Source: Macrostomum lignano
Lineage: Eukaryota
Reading direction: 5' to 3'
Assembly (NCBI GenBank): GCA_002269645.1
Contig: NIVC01003957.1
Span: 1-64,000 of the forward strand
DNA: 64,000 bases
A program made the translations under genes and the position numbers. Under the pieces are notes generated by a model. It had not been told where the DNA came from. It was given only the letters and a program-made list of their open reading frames with translations, and did no database searches. Shown one piece after another: positions 23,010 through 35,192 of the stretch. Each line of letters starts with the position of its first letter. Positions within the stretch are counted from its first letter, which is position 1.

Positions 23010-23720
23010 ATGCTGGCGATCGAGCGACCCCAGTCTGACTTTTCATATAGTCGTTATAACTAAATTACTTATTATTATATCATTACTTTAATTAGTAAAT
23101 CCTTTAATCTGTACCGACATCGTGGAATCTTAACAGTTACATCAGTTCCTGTGACATCTAATTATATTTTTTTAGTATTATAAAACGTTTTCAAGGTGAA
23201 CTTTGGTTTGTTGAAATCATGGAATTTACTTTTAGTTAAGACGAGACTCAAACTTAATAAAAACGCGGTGTAGCTAATAACAATGTTGCGTTTTTCTCTT
23301 CACTTAGCTATTGCTTACATTGCGCTGCGGTCTCATGCAAAATTCAATTTGTTGTGTTCGAGTCACAGGTTATCAGTAGAAGCAAGCACAGACTCCAAAG
23401 CCTAATGAACAGCAAGCAATGAAACTCAATCGTAGCAGACCGTTGCTTAGCGCCTTAGCGGGTGGTATAAAGTCTAGCACTCTCTGGCGAGTGATACAGA
23501 CAGGGGACGCCTCTCACCTCACGGGTCACGGCCTCTCAGTCAAAGCGTCAAAGTCTTCTTCGAACTACGGTCGGTGTTAGTGTTAGGCCATAGACATCCT
23601 AAAAGCGCAGACATCATCCCCAAGCCATGGATGAATAGATCCTAGCCTGATCGGATTGATAACTCAATACATACTCGTACAACATACTCGTACAAGTATA
23701 ACTTATTAAAAGTGAAATAT

Positions 23721-24469
23721 TATAGCTCTTTGCAGCCCATTTGGGCTTACGCGCATCGAATCTAATCCAAGATATGTTTGTCAAAGTAATGCAGCTTTTG
23801 TCTATGGTAGCAAGGCTGGCACAGCGGCATTTAATTTGGTCCAACAAGCATCAATTTGGTCCATTTAGTTCATTTGCAGCTCGGTCCCAGAATTGTGGAC
23901 CATATGCTAGGCTGTTGAACGGATGTCATTGGCTTGTGATCGAAGCACTCGACGGAGGTGAACACCCAAAGGACATTGCAAGGTTGCTGAATGTAAAAGA
24001 AAAGGTGGTTTACAGCATCCAACAGCGCGTTGAAACTCTGCCGGCAGAGATTGCTGCGAAAGGGTGGCAATCGCCAAGGAAAGTTGCTCGAGAGCCTCAG
24101 GTCCAACTGCTACTCGATGCAGTGGAGACGAACCCTTTGTTGACGCTTCAGAAAATGCAGCAGAAGTTGAGGGAACAGTTCCAGTTGGTTATCAGATTTT
24201 GACTATCAGCAGAGCTCTGGGAAAGCAACTGAAAATTGCTGGTAGAGACGCTGACATTCCAGCGGTGCGCAACAACCTGCAGACGGTTGAGAGAAGGCAA
24301 GAGTTTGTCCAATGGCTCACGAGTGTTTGGACCAAATGGATGCTTGTTGGACCAAATTAATGCCGCTGCGCCAGCCTTGCTACCATAGACAAAAGCTCTG
24401 TTACATTGGCAAACGTATCTTGGATTAAATTAAATGCGCGTAAGCCCAAATGGGCTGCAAAATGCTATA
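23721..24469 (+). mobile_element. Internally deleted Tc1/mariner (IS630-Tc1) element with ~140-bp TIRs
   Basis: 23721-23863 is an imperfect reverse complement of 24328-24469; TA at both ends. The interior encodes an HTH (LVIEALDGGEHPKDIARLLNVKEKVVYSI) and a second HTH-like block (LLDAVETNPLLTLQKMQQKL..TISRAL, after a frameshift). No DDE domain. Confidence 0.85.
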
Positions 24470-24567
24470 TTGAAAACGCGACACGGACGAAACACGATCG
24501 CTTTGTTAACTTGTAAAATAATCCACTTTTTTGTTTATATTTCTTCATCTTACACCATTGTGATAAG

Positions 24568-24639
24568 TCCCTGATGGTCTAGCGGTTAGGATTCCTGGCT
24601 CTCACCCAGGCGGCCCGGGTTCGACTCCCGGTCAGGGAA
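24568..24639 (+). tRNA. tRNA-Glu (anticodon CTC)
   Basis: TCCCTGA/TCAGGGA acceptor stem, D-arm TGGTCTAGCGGTTAGGA, anticodon arm CCTGG-CTCTCAC-CCAGG, T-loop GGTTCGACTCC, and a T-run terminator just downstream. Confidence 0.97.
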
Positions 24640-25897
24640 TATAATTTTTGCAATTAGCGTCAGGATTTTACCAACCTCTTTTTTTTCTACGACTACAATC
24701 AAACTTCTAAAGCAATATACGAATATAGGATTGTATTTTCGAAAACAATTTTTGACTGCTAGAAAAGAACAAAAATAGTTTCAACTTAAACAACTATCCG
24801 ACCGTACTGTGCTTGAAATTTTTATTATCTTGAAAATTTCCAGACTGTAATAACCAACCAAACGTTAGAATTTTATAATTAATCGACTTCTGAATTGTTT
24901 TTGAGTTTTTCAAATTAAATAACTATATAAAAACAGCCCTCACGATCATATGACAATAATTTCCATTGAGCTTTTTATGTATTCAATAGCGCTTGCGACT
25001 GCAGAGGCGCAGAGAATTTATCAATTCCGATATGTATCGAAGAATAGATTTCAGATAGGCTTTTTGGCCTACTTAAACCAGCAGTTAAACAATAGATAGT
25101 TGGCAGTGTATAGTGCTTTGGTACAGCAGTACTAACCTACTGGTAGTAGGTATAAATCTTGAGGGCAGCAGTACTCTTTTTACAACTTGTTAGAAGTTGC
25201 TAATAACAGAAGAAATTCAATAACGCTATTGAATCTCACGTATGTAGCTTTTTGCTTGGCTTGACGTGAAGCCCAAAGCTTCGTTTAATAAATGTATTTA
25301 TCGAACTAAAAATAAGGCACTTTTTACTGCAAATTTGTGGGGCACCAAGCAAAATATTATTAAAAAGAAACCAGGGTTTTGACGGATTAGGACATTTACG
25401 AAATAAGTTAGCGAGTACGAGTAGTGTGTATAGCTTCTTTGTACTATTTTTTACTGTTTAATTAAAAATAAAAAAACAATAACTCCAGTCAGTCATGTCA
25501 GTCTTTCTAACTTAAATCTCTATTACATTGACTTCAATGGCTCAATAAAATTAATTTGTGTCAGCAGTGGTTCAATCATGTAGCACTACATTTGGAAAAG
25601 ATCACCGACTTAAAGATGCACGTGCAAAACAAAGGTACAGAAAAATGACTAAAGCTGTAAATTTTCCCTTTGGACCGACGGGACTGGGCTCTATGTTTGG
25701 CCAACTATTCATTTGGCCACGGATCGCATTTCATAAGTAGTATGGGTAGCATATTATTGACAAATGATACCCAAAAGATGCAACATCAAATAGAATAAAA
25801 AGGAACTCGGTATAGACTAAAAGAGAGAGAGAGTAAAATTATAGAATTAAGCAATTCGTTAAGTTTTAGCTTTGCTCGTTAATTGAAACGCGCCAAT

Positions 25898-27100
25898 TCA
25901 AAGTAGTGAGCAGCAGCACTGCTGCGGATAGTCCGGGAAGTACACTTTCCTGTCCAGGCCGTACACGAAGAACTTTCCGCCGTGACCGTCGAACTTCCAG
26001 CTGACCTCAGTGACTGGCGTCACCAGCACCTTGTGCCGCATAGCCAAAATCCTGCCGTCCTTCTTGTACTTGGCGATCATGGCCGGCAGCAGCTCCTTGG
26101 AGAACTTCTGAATGTGCTCTTCCGGAAAGTCGGATAGAGGCACCAGCACCGCATTCTCATCGCAGTACACCTCCTGGCCCTTGACTTCGGACACCAGGTG
26201 ATCAGGCAGGGCCGTCTCCTCGTGGATCTTGTCCTCGCTGTGCGTCTCCCACTTGGTCTGGTTCTGAACATACCACTTGAGCTTCTTGTGCCCGTCGCAG
26301 GTCTTGCACTTGTAATTGCCGTGGCCGTGGCACCGGCCGCAGGCGCGCTGGCCGCTGCCGCTGCAGATGCCGCAAGGCTGAGGACCTTCGGGACCCTCCT
26401 GCTCGCCGCTGCCGCTGCAGTGGTCGCAGGCGAAGAACTCCTTGCCTTTGCACTCGCGACAGCGCACCTTGCCTTTGCCTTTGCAGTACCAGCACTTGCG
26501 CACAGAGCAGGTGTGCGGCACCTCCTTCTTCAACTTGTCCTCCTTCCATTGATTGGACGGCTTCATCTCCAGCTCCCAGGGCATCGGCGCGCTGCCAGCC
26601 TTCGGCGGATCAATGCTATCGCCCTTCTTGTAGCCGGTGGACTTCCACTTCACCTTGCGCTCCTCGACGAACATCTCGCAGCGGTAGACGATGGCGCTGT
26701 TAAGCTTCAGGTCGGACAGCTCCATGGACTCGGCGGCCCCAGTGCGCCAGCAGCTCTGCGACTGGACGTACTTCAGCAGGGCGTCGCGCACCGACTTGCC
26801 GTCCAGCCGGCCGACGTCCTTGGGAATGTCCTTGGGCAACGGCTTGTACTCGGTGTCGTTCGGCTCGTCAGGCGGCGGCAGGAAGCGGGTCTTCTTCCGA
26901 TCGTCACCCTTCTTCCGGTAGGTCGGCTGCCCGATGATGCTCTCGTAGGCGTCGACCTTGTCGGGCCGGTACTTGTGGTCCTTGCCCTTCGAGGCCTTCT
27001 TCGCCATCTTCTTCTCTTCATCGGAGCTGGACGAGGCCAGAGAAGTCTCCGAGGACGAGTAGTCGGTGTCGATTTCGATGTCGCCAAACTTGAAGCCCAT
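25898..27100 (-). CDS. SSUH2: Protein SSUH2 homolog (DnaJ-type CxxCxGxG zinc fingers), single exon, 400 aa
   Basis: EVPHTCSVRKCWYCKGKG followed by repeated CxxCxGxG motifs, PWE and FVYGLDRKVYFPDYPQQCCC, which is the SSUH2-family layout. Confidence 0.85.
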   Translation of the reverse strand: MGFKFGDIEIDTDYSSSETSLASSSSDEEKKMAKKASKGKDHKYRPDKVDAYESIIGQPTYRKKGDDRKKTRFLPPPDEPNDTEYKPLPKDIPKDVGRLDGKSVRDALLKYVQSQSCWRTGAAESMELSDLKLNSAIVYRCEMFVEERKVKWKSTGYKKGDSIDPPKAGSAPMPWELEMKPSNQWKEDKLKKEVPHTCSVRKCWYCKGKGKVRCRECKGKEFFACDHCSGSGEQEGPEGPQPCGICSGSGQRACGRCHGHGNYKCKTCDGHKKLKWYVQNQTKWETHSEDKIHEETALPDHLVSEVKGQEVYCDENAVLVPLSDFPEEHIQKFSKELLPAMIAKYKKDGRILAMRHKVLVTPVTEVSWKFDGHGGKFFVYGLDRKVYFPDYPQQCCCSLL

Positions 27101-27633
27101 GGTTGGTTACCGGGTGTATCTGAATTCTGCTATCTGATTTTCTGCGCTCCCAGATTCCTGTTTGCCGGTGCAGGGACCCTCGCTGTCAGCTTTCCGCTGC
27201 TTTTAGCTTCGATTTCTGCCCCCTCCATCTCCCCCCATGCCGTAGAGGGAAGCGGCATGGAAACGCGTGGCCTCTGCCTAGCAACCAGTTTTGCCCGCTG
27301 CCCCCGCAAGAGCAGGGAGGGAAAGAAACAGAAGCTGTGGGCAAGAGGGGGTAGAAATTTGAGCAGCCCAACACTCAGTATCAGCGGGTGCCCACCCCAA
27401 ATCTGCCTAGCAACCGGGCAGGGGGGGGTTGTCGGCGACCGGCGTCCCCGACAGTGGGGAAAACAATTGAGAAAGCGCTTAGGCTTCCCCACAGCGCCAG
27501 TTATCCACAGCTGGGGACAGCGCAGCTTGTGTTCTCATGCGCACTCCTTCATGGGTGTTGTTAATTTTCTTTTCAAAAACTTCTCTCCCTCACTCTCTTT
27601 GGTTCCTCTCTCCTTAGCTAGTATTCCCACTGC

Positions 27634-27647
27634 GTTGCCATAGAGAC
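27634..27647 (-). promoter_or_regulatory. Candidate RFX X-box (GTCTCTATGGCAAC)
   Basis: Exact match to GTHNYYATRRNAAC on the minus strand, in the divergent SSUH2/Amt intergenic region. Confidence 0.45.
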
Positions 27648-28512
27648 GAGGCAAAACTCCCTGCGCCCAGCAAACACTGCAGCTTGGCTTAGAACTCCCG
27701 AACTGCAAACACCGGCTGCTTAAACTCAGGTAGAAAACGGTCCCCACTAAATCCACAAGCAGTCTTTGAGACTGAAGAGGCAACCTGGGCCTTTCTTTCA
27801 GCTATTCTGCATTTTATTCAACACGATTGGCTTTCCTCTACATTTCCTGCAATTAGAATTACCTCTAGAAGAAAATGCCTGCGGGCCAACAGCCTTCAAG
27901 TATACCGTTGTCTTGGTAACCAGAATGTCTGATTGCGTGTATAAAAAAAATCTAAAATTCAGGAATACAGGATGAAAGCCTACTAGTTGCTAAGTTAAGC
28001 ATAGAATATGCTTCATTTGCCCTTCTGGCGACCCAGCTTTAGTAAAGAGAAACAAATATCTGCTGCTAAATGCATCACTCCTCAAAAAGACAGATCAATC
28101 CGTCTCCGCTACTGCAAGTAGCTTAGAAATAATCAACAGATTTTATTCCGCAATTCCGGTTTGCAACATGGCAAGCAAGCAAGCGAGACCAGCGAACTAC
28201 AAATAAAACATGTAGAGTAGTTTTGAGCACCGATAGGAAACTAGATGCTCTGCACTCACCCCTGGTCAGGTCTGACCAGCAGTCTGAGCACTACTCAGTA
28301 TTTATTATAGGACCTTTACAACTTGGTTTAGCATACTTCTGTACTTAAGCCAACAGTAATTGCATGAGACACCTGATACGCTACGGCAGGTGACTTCTAT
28401 AATTATAAGACGAAGAATAAGAAACGATGGGCGTGTCATGGAGTGCCGCCAAAAAGGCTTTTCAAGGTCTCCCATAGCCCAGCCCTTGCTCTGTAAACAA
28501 GTTCAGTGAAAT

Positions 28513-31500
28513 ATGGACCTCGAGAATTCCAGTTTCGCAACTTCAAGCACGTCAAACGTGCTGGACTCCACCACGACCACCCCAGACTTGAAGTCCATCA
28601 CCTGGGACGATGCAACCTGGATTCTGACGTCAACATTTGTTATCTTCACTATGCAGTCGGGTGAGACACTAATTTGGATTCGTGTGACTCCCAGGGCAGG
28701 GTCACACAAGGACTAATGGACGTTGCGGTTGTTTCAGGACATAGAATATTATATTTCTGAACGAAAAGTTTATGGATATCAATAGAGCTATAAGAAAGAC
28801 ACAACTTATCAAAAGATGAACACTGGGTCTGCCTCCTATCGAAAGCAATAACAATTTTTGTGGTGAAAAAATGAAAACTTCCTATCTCCTTAGTGTATTT
28901 TTGGGGGGAAAGTGGCCTTCAAAACATTTTCCATAGATTTCGAGTGTTGCGTTCTTCTAATTTAGTAGTACTTATGTCAAACACCTGATGGACGATTTTT
29001 TACCTTCTACTGTTAAAGTGATCACACGAAGCCTTCGAATAAACTGCTCACAGAGCGCGATGGTTACGTCCTGATCCAAAGGCAACGATCTGTGGGTCAC
29101 ACATTGACACGAAAGTTGCTCTTAAAGTTGAAAGAGCCAACAAATGAGACTTGGCTTTAAAACTACATTAAAATGCTTCTATTTAAGCTACTACTGAACA
29201 GAAAGTAGCTTACACGCAAATGTGCTGTAAATGCATTTGCATATAAATGCAAATAGGTATGAAGTGAATTATCAACTACATTGGCGATACTCATAAATCA
29301 AAAGCCAAATAAAATAGCCCAGAACAAGGACTACTGAAAGTAGAAGGACGGGAACTACATTTCTCGGAAAATTACGTTACATACCGGAGATTCTCATTTT
29401 TCAGCCCAAAAATTGGTATTGCTTTTTATAGGAGGCAGACACAATGGTTATCTTCTGGTATGTCTGGCCTTTCTTATCGCTCTGTTGGCATTCATAAAGC
29501 TTTTACCGTCTGTAGTTTACCGTCTTTCTATTTATTATACTTGAGTAGTTCTTGGCCTAGAATGATGAGCCAAATTAACAATGATCTGCTGCTGTTGCAG
29601 GCTTCGGCCTGCTCGAATCCGGCAGCGTGAACCCTCGCAACGAGGTCAACATCATGGTGAAAAACGTTGTAGACGTCGTATTCGGCGGCCTGACCTATTG
29701 GATGTTCGGCTACGCGCTCTCGTTCGGCCCCGACCCGGGCAACAACCCGTTCGTGGGCTGGGGCGAGTTCTTTGTTGACGCCGGGCCCGAAACTATGGGC
29801 CAGAAGTTTACCACGTTCATCTTTCAGATGAGCTTTGCCACCACAGCTACCACTATAGTGTCCGGGGCTATGGCTGAACGGACGAAACTGACGTCCTACA
29901 TTGTGTTCTCGCTGTTTAACACTGTGATCTATTGCATCCCGGCGCATTGGTTCTGGGGCGCGAAGGTGAGGAAAAAAGTTAGGGGACTTGCTTTGCAGCT
30001 AGTGATAGCAAGGGTTAATGCTAGCTGTGATCAGATCTGATAGCAATGGTTAATGCTAGCTGTGATCAGATCTGATAGCTATGGTTAATGCTAGCTGTGA
30101 TCAGATCTGATAGCTATGGTTAATGCTAGCTGTGATCAGATCTGATAGCAATGGTTAATGTTAGCTGTGATCAGATCTGATAGCTATGGTTAATGCTAGC
30201 TGTGATCAGATCTGATAGCAATGGTTAATGCTAGCTGTGATCAGATCTGATAGCTATAAGCTAGCTGTGATCAGATCTGATAGCTATGGTTAATGCTAGC
30301 TGTGATCAGATCTGATAGCAATGGTTAATGCTAGCTGTGATCAGGTCTGATAGCAAGGGTTAATGCTAGCTGTGATCAGATCTGATAGCAATAGTTAATG
30401 CTAGCTGTGATCAGGTCTGATAGCAAGGGTTAATGCTAGCTGTGATCAGATCTGATAGCAATGGTTAATGCTAGCTGTGATCAGATCTGATAGCAATGGT
30501 TAATGCTAGCTGTGATCAGGTCTGATAGCAAGGGTTAATGCTAGCTGTGATCAGATCTGATAGCAATAGTTAATGCTAGCTGTGATCAGGTCTGATAGCA
30601 AGGGTTAATGCTAGCTGTGATCAGATCTGATAGCAATGGTTAATGCTAGCTGTGATCAGATCTGATAGCAATGGTTAATGCTAGCTGTGATCAGATCTGA
30701 TAGCAAGGGTTAATGCTAGCTGTGATCAGATCTGATAGCTATAAGCTAGCTGTGATCAGATCTGATAGCTATGGTTAATGCTAGCTGTGATCAGATCTGA
30801 TAGCAATGGTTAATGCTAGCTGTGATCAGGTCTGATAGCAAGGGTTAATGCTAGCTGTGATCAGATCTGATAGCAATAGTTAATGCTAGCTGTGATCAGG
30901 TCTGATAGCAAGGGTTAATGCTAGCTGTGATCAGATCTGATAGCAATGGTTAATGCTAGCTGTGATCAGATCTGATAGCAATGGTTAATGCTAGCTGTGA
31001 TCAGGTCTGATAGCAAGGGTTAATGCTAGCTGTGATCAGATCTGATAGCAATAGTTAATGCTAGCTGTGATCAGGTCTGATAGCAAGGGTTAATGCTAGC
31101 TGTGATCAGATCTGATAGCAATGGTTAATGCTAGCTGTGATCAGATCTGATAGCAATGGTTAATGCTAGCTGTGATCAGATCTGATAGCAAGGGTTAATG
31201 CTAGCTGTGATCAGATCTGATAGCTATAAGCTAGCTGTGATCAGATCTGATAGCTATGGTTAATGCTAGCTGTGATCAGATCTGATAGCAATGGTTAATG
31301 CTAGCTGTGATCAGATCTGATAGCAATGGTTAATGCTAGCTGTGATCAGATCTGATAGCAATGGTTAATGCTAGCTGTGATCAGATCTGATAGCAAGGGT
31401 TAATGCTAGCTGTGATCAGATCTAATAGCTATAAGCTAGCTGTGATCAGATCTGATAGCTATGGTTAATGCTAGCTGTGATCAGATCTGATAGCAATGGT

Positions 31501-34500
31501 TAATGCTAGCTGTGATCAGATCTGATAGCAAGGGTTAATGCTAGCTGTGATCAGATCTGATCGTAAGATCTCAATTATCGTATTAAATTTATTACTCAAA
31601 CGCAACTTCAATATTTTAATGAATACATGTAGGGCTTCCTCAACGATCTTGGAGTTGTGGACATCGCCGGAGTTGGTCCTGTTCACCTTCTGGGCGGCAC
31701 CACAGGTCTGGTGGCCACATTGCTGCTCAAACCAAGAACCGGGCGGTTCTGCGAGGGCCAGTCGGCACCTCCGATGGGATGTCCGACAAACGTTATGCTG
31801 GGAATGTTCATGCTGTGGTGAGCATCGAATGCTCTTGTAGTCACTTGGATTTGAAGGTTTAGTCTAAGACCGGGATCGGCAAACTCCGAAGCCTGTCTAT
31901 CCGGCCCTCGGGTCATAATTGAAACTTCACAATAACAATGCGGCCCACTCAACGGTGATCATGAATTGTTTCAGCTCTCTCTCTCTTCTCTCTCCTGTTT
32001 TCTTCTATCTTTTCTCTCATCCCATCTCGCCTCTCCTCTCTTCTCTCATCTCTGATCTATTCCCTCTCTTTTTCACTCTCATTTGACCCGCAGCCACGAA
32101 CTGGATTATTTATCTGGCCCTCGAGGTAAAAACATTTGCCGACCCCTGGGACTCTAAGAGTGCTCATGCTGTGCGGAGTGCTTCAAATACGAATGCCCGA
32201 TGCATGATAAGAAAATCTTCAATAATATCGTAATATGAATAATAGCAATCTTTAGGTCTCGGGAGAAGTTTCTGATCTGTGGTGGAAGATATTTATAATG
32301 TATATTGTGAAGTAATTTATGACTGACAAGTGTGCTGGACCGACCTTATTAACGTGGACTGACTTATACTGCACCTTCACCACCTAAACCGAATGATCCT
32401 GAACCTGCCCAGGTGGGGCTGGCTAGGCTTCAATTGCGGCAGCACCTTCGGCATTCGCGGTGGCAAGTGGAAGCTGGCGGCCAGGTCGGCCGTGTCCACC
32501 ATCATGTCTTCCATGGGCGGCGGTCTCTCCAGCCTCAGTCTGACGTGAGCTTTGCAATTTCTAGATAACTACACCAACAATCCGTGAAAGTTTCCAGCAA
32601 TGTCTCCCACTTAAACTCCTAGATTTATCCTGTGTAAGGGAAAATTCGACATTGCGGACATTGTGAATGGTATTTTAGGCGCCCTGGTGTCCATAACGGG
32701 TAAGCACGCATCTCTACAACTGACTTCTGATTACACGTTTACCAACAGCAAAAAGTAGGATCGAGCGTAACAGACCAAACCTACCTGGCCATGCAGGTAT
32801 GTGCGCCATTGCTCACCCATGGGAGGCGATAGTGATTGGCCTGTTGGCCGGACTGTACACAACTGGCACAACGCGATTGGTAGAACGACTACGAATAGAC
32901 GATCCAGTGGGTGTAATACCTGTGCACCTAGTCTGCGGCCTCTGGGGACTCACGGCTACCGGCCTTTTTGTTGAGCAGGTTTGGAATCTTAAATACACGT
33001 AGGGTACGGTTGACAATAAGTTGCATATTAACAGTAGGAAAATAATGGTATCGCTTCCGCCTCGATCTGATTATCAATATCAAGACGTTCCAGACATTTT
33101 GACCCGCACATCTACATAAAGTTTCTGGATTTAAGACAAGACAGTCAATCTACGACCTATTCAAGGATTGCTTAGGAAAGTTCCATTGTTCAAGAAAATC
33201 AAATTTTACACTTTCAGTCTGAGGGTGAAACAGCGCCCCATGGAATTTCTGGAGATACCAAAATGTCAAGATTGTGTCTGCATGGGGCTCCCAGTGTGGA
33301 TTTTTGGACCCCCGGGACGGTACTTTCTAACTGACGAAAACATGTTGCACGCTGTGGATATAGTTTCTAAAAATAAGGAGTAAAATATTTCCTTCAAGTT
33401 TATATGCCCGAGGAGTTCCAGTCAGCGCAAGAATGTTTAAAAGGAAATTCATTGCATGGTAGTTCAACTGCTAATCATAGACCTAGCAAGCATTAGTAAT
33501 CAACTAAAAAATGCTGCACACTCAGGACACTCTGGAGAACCTAACCAAAGGCAGATGCGGCCTGTTCCGCGGCTGCGGCCTCGGCCTGCTGGGAGTTCAA
33601 CTGCTGGCAGCTCTGTGCATCACCGCCTGGGCTGTTGTGGTCACCCTCGCTCAATTACTGGTATGCGTAAATATGAACTTGTCAGACAGTTAGATAGTCA
33701 CATGTATCTCGCACTTGTCAGACAGAGTTAGATAGTCACATGTATCTCGCACTTGTCAGACAGAGTTAGATAGTCACATGTATCTCGCACTTGTCAGACA
33801 GAGTTAGATAGTCACATCACATGTATCTCGCAGAGTTTCAGGCAAATCCCATGGGGTGAACAGCGGTCATGGCTTTCTCATCGTCAATCATGTGCACACT
33901 GCCTTGGGGTTGGTCTTCCACGACATGGCACAACCAGCCCTAGTCCAAATCAATGAATAAAAACAGTACTCAGAGTCAGACCCATTATCCCTGACCTGCT
34001 CAGAGAGACTGTACAGTCCAGAAGATTTTTTCAATGAGGGCAGCACTGTTAATTTCAATTGCTGTCATGATTTTCAAAATTGAGACCGCTTCAATAAGCT
34101 GGGTTTCTTGTGCCATAGCGCGCGTCATGACACATCAACTTTAATGTATTTCACATCCTGAATTTGGACCTTTGGATGACGAATTGGCACCTTGTTTTTC
34201 TCAAGCTGGATACCACTATTTGATTTCTGTCGTAGTTACTGCAGTTGATTTTTCAGTTGAAGCATCAATAATTTTTATTAAAACTATGAAAAATTTCAAT
34301 CAATTGTTAAATTTGAGTAATCTGTAAACATGGAGTCAAGGACTACTCAAGTATAGGATGGGAAACTTCCGTTTCTTAGAAAGTGTTGAGGCAGGTTTTC
34401 GCCAAAAAATACACTAAACGGAGATAGGAAGTTTTCAATTTTCAGCACAAAAATTGTTATTGCTTTCGGTAGGAGGCAGACCCATTGTTCATATTTTGAT

Positions 34501-35071
34501 ATGTTGTGCTATTTTTATAGCTCTATTGATATTTATGAAGCTTTTCGTTTAGAAAATTAGAATTCTATGTTTACTTTTTATTCTACGTACAATTGCACAT
34601 GTCCAGTGCCTAAAAAACATTAAAATGGCACGACTCGGCTCATTGTTTTTATGAATCTACGATCGAGTATTTCATCAGTCTTAGCTGACTGTGTAAAAAT
34701 AGGTGTAACAGAGATGATTTTAGTAAGATTTCAGCGCAGCTCGAACCGCGCACTCTAACTGTGTATACACTCTTCATCCCCAGTTAATCCAGCGGCTGAT
34801 AGGTCTGCGAGTGTCAACCGAGGAAGAACTGCTGGGTGCCGACTACTGCGAGCACAAAATCATGAATCGAGCGTATTCAGGCGCGCCTGTACAAGTGACC
34901 AAGCAGCCAGGACAGTCGCCGCCACAGGAGCAGCCAGCAGATCTGGGCACGCCACTGCCGCCATCGAAACCGCCTCCTGAGGATGCCGGTCAAGTAAACG
35001 GTGGTGTCCGAGGCGGAGGAGCAAGCCGGGTTCGAGTCCGAATGGCCAGGCCTTTGGAAACTACTTGCTAA
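28513..35071 (+). CDS. amt: Ammonium transporter (Amt/Mep family, invertebrate Amt-3-like)
   Basis: Exons 28513-28660, 29601-29965, 31633-31817, 32413-32544, 32623-32699, 32797-32978, 33526-33660 and 34784-35071, all GT-AG and in phase. Motifs: WILTSTFVIFTMQSGFGLLESG, FQMSFATTATTIVSGAMAER, DIAGVGPVHLLGG, WWGWLGFNCGS, NGILGALVSITG, DDPVGVIPVHLVCG, GLRVSTEEELLGADYCEH. Confidence 0.95.
28740..29530. mobile_element. Old MITE/DNA-transposon remnant with divergent inverted ends (Amt intron 1)
   Basis: ~28740-28880 (..gggtctgcctcctatcgaaagcaataacaatttttg..) is an imperfect reverse complement of ~29395-29520; another family copy lies at ~34350-34575. Confidence 0.5.
30000..31563. repeat. Intronic satellite, 35-bp unit (gctagctgtgatcagatctgatagcaatggttaat), with 485-bp higher-order repeat
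   Basis: About 45 units; the short 30-bp variant ctataag recurs at 30254, 30739 and 31224. Confidence 0.95.
33670..33800. repeat. Short tandem repeat, 38-bp unit (cttgtcagacagagttagatagtcacatgtatctcgca)
   Basis: About 3.5 copies just after the donor at 33661. Confidence 0.9.
34350..34575. mobile_element. Solo end of the same MITE family as 28740-29530
   Basis: Close reverse complement of 28740-28930. Confidence 0.5.
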
Positions 35072-35192
35072 GATTATGCCTTCACGAGTACAGTGTTTAC
35101 TTACCCCCTGGTTGGGCAACTTATGCAGAATGCTTAACTTCAGACTTAACATTAATATATGACGCGTTTCTTCAATTCAACGAGGCATAGAG

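Noticed and set aside
26198-27643. 481-aa plus-strand ORF overlapping SSUH2
   Set aside because: It is an antisense shadow of a GC3-rich CDS with no recognisable motifs.
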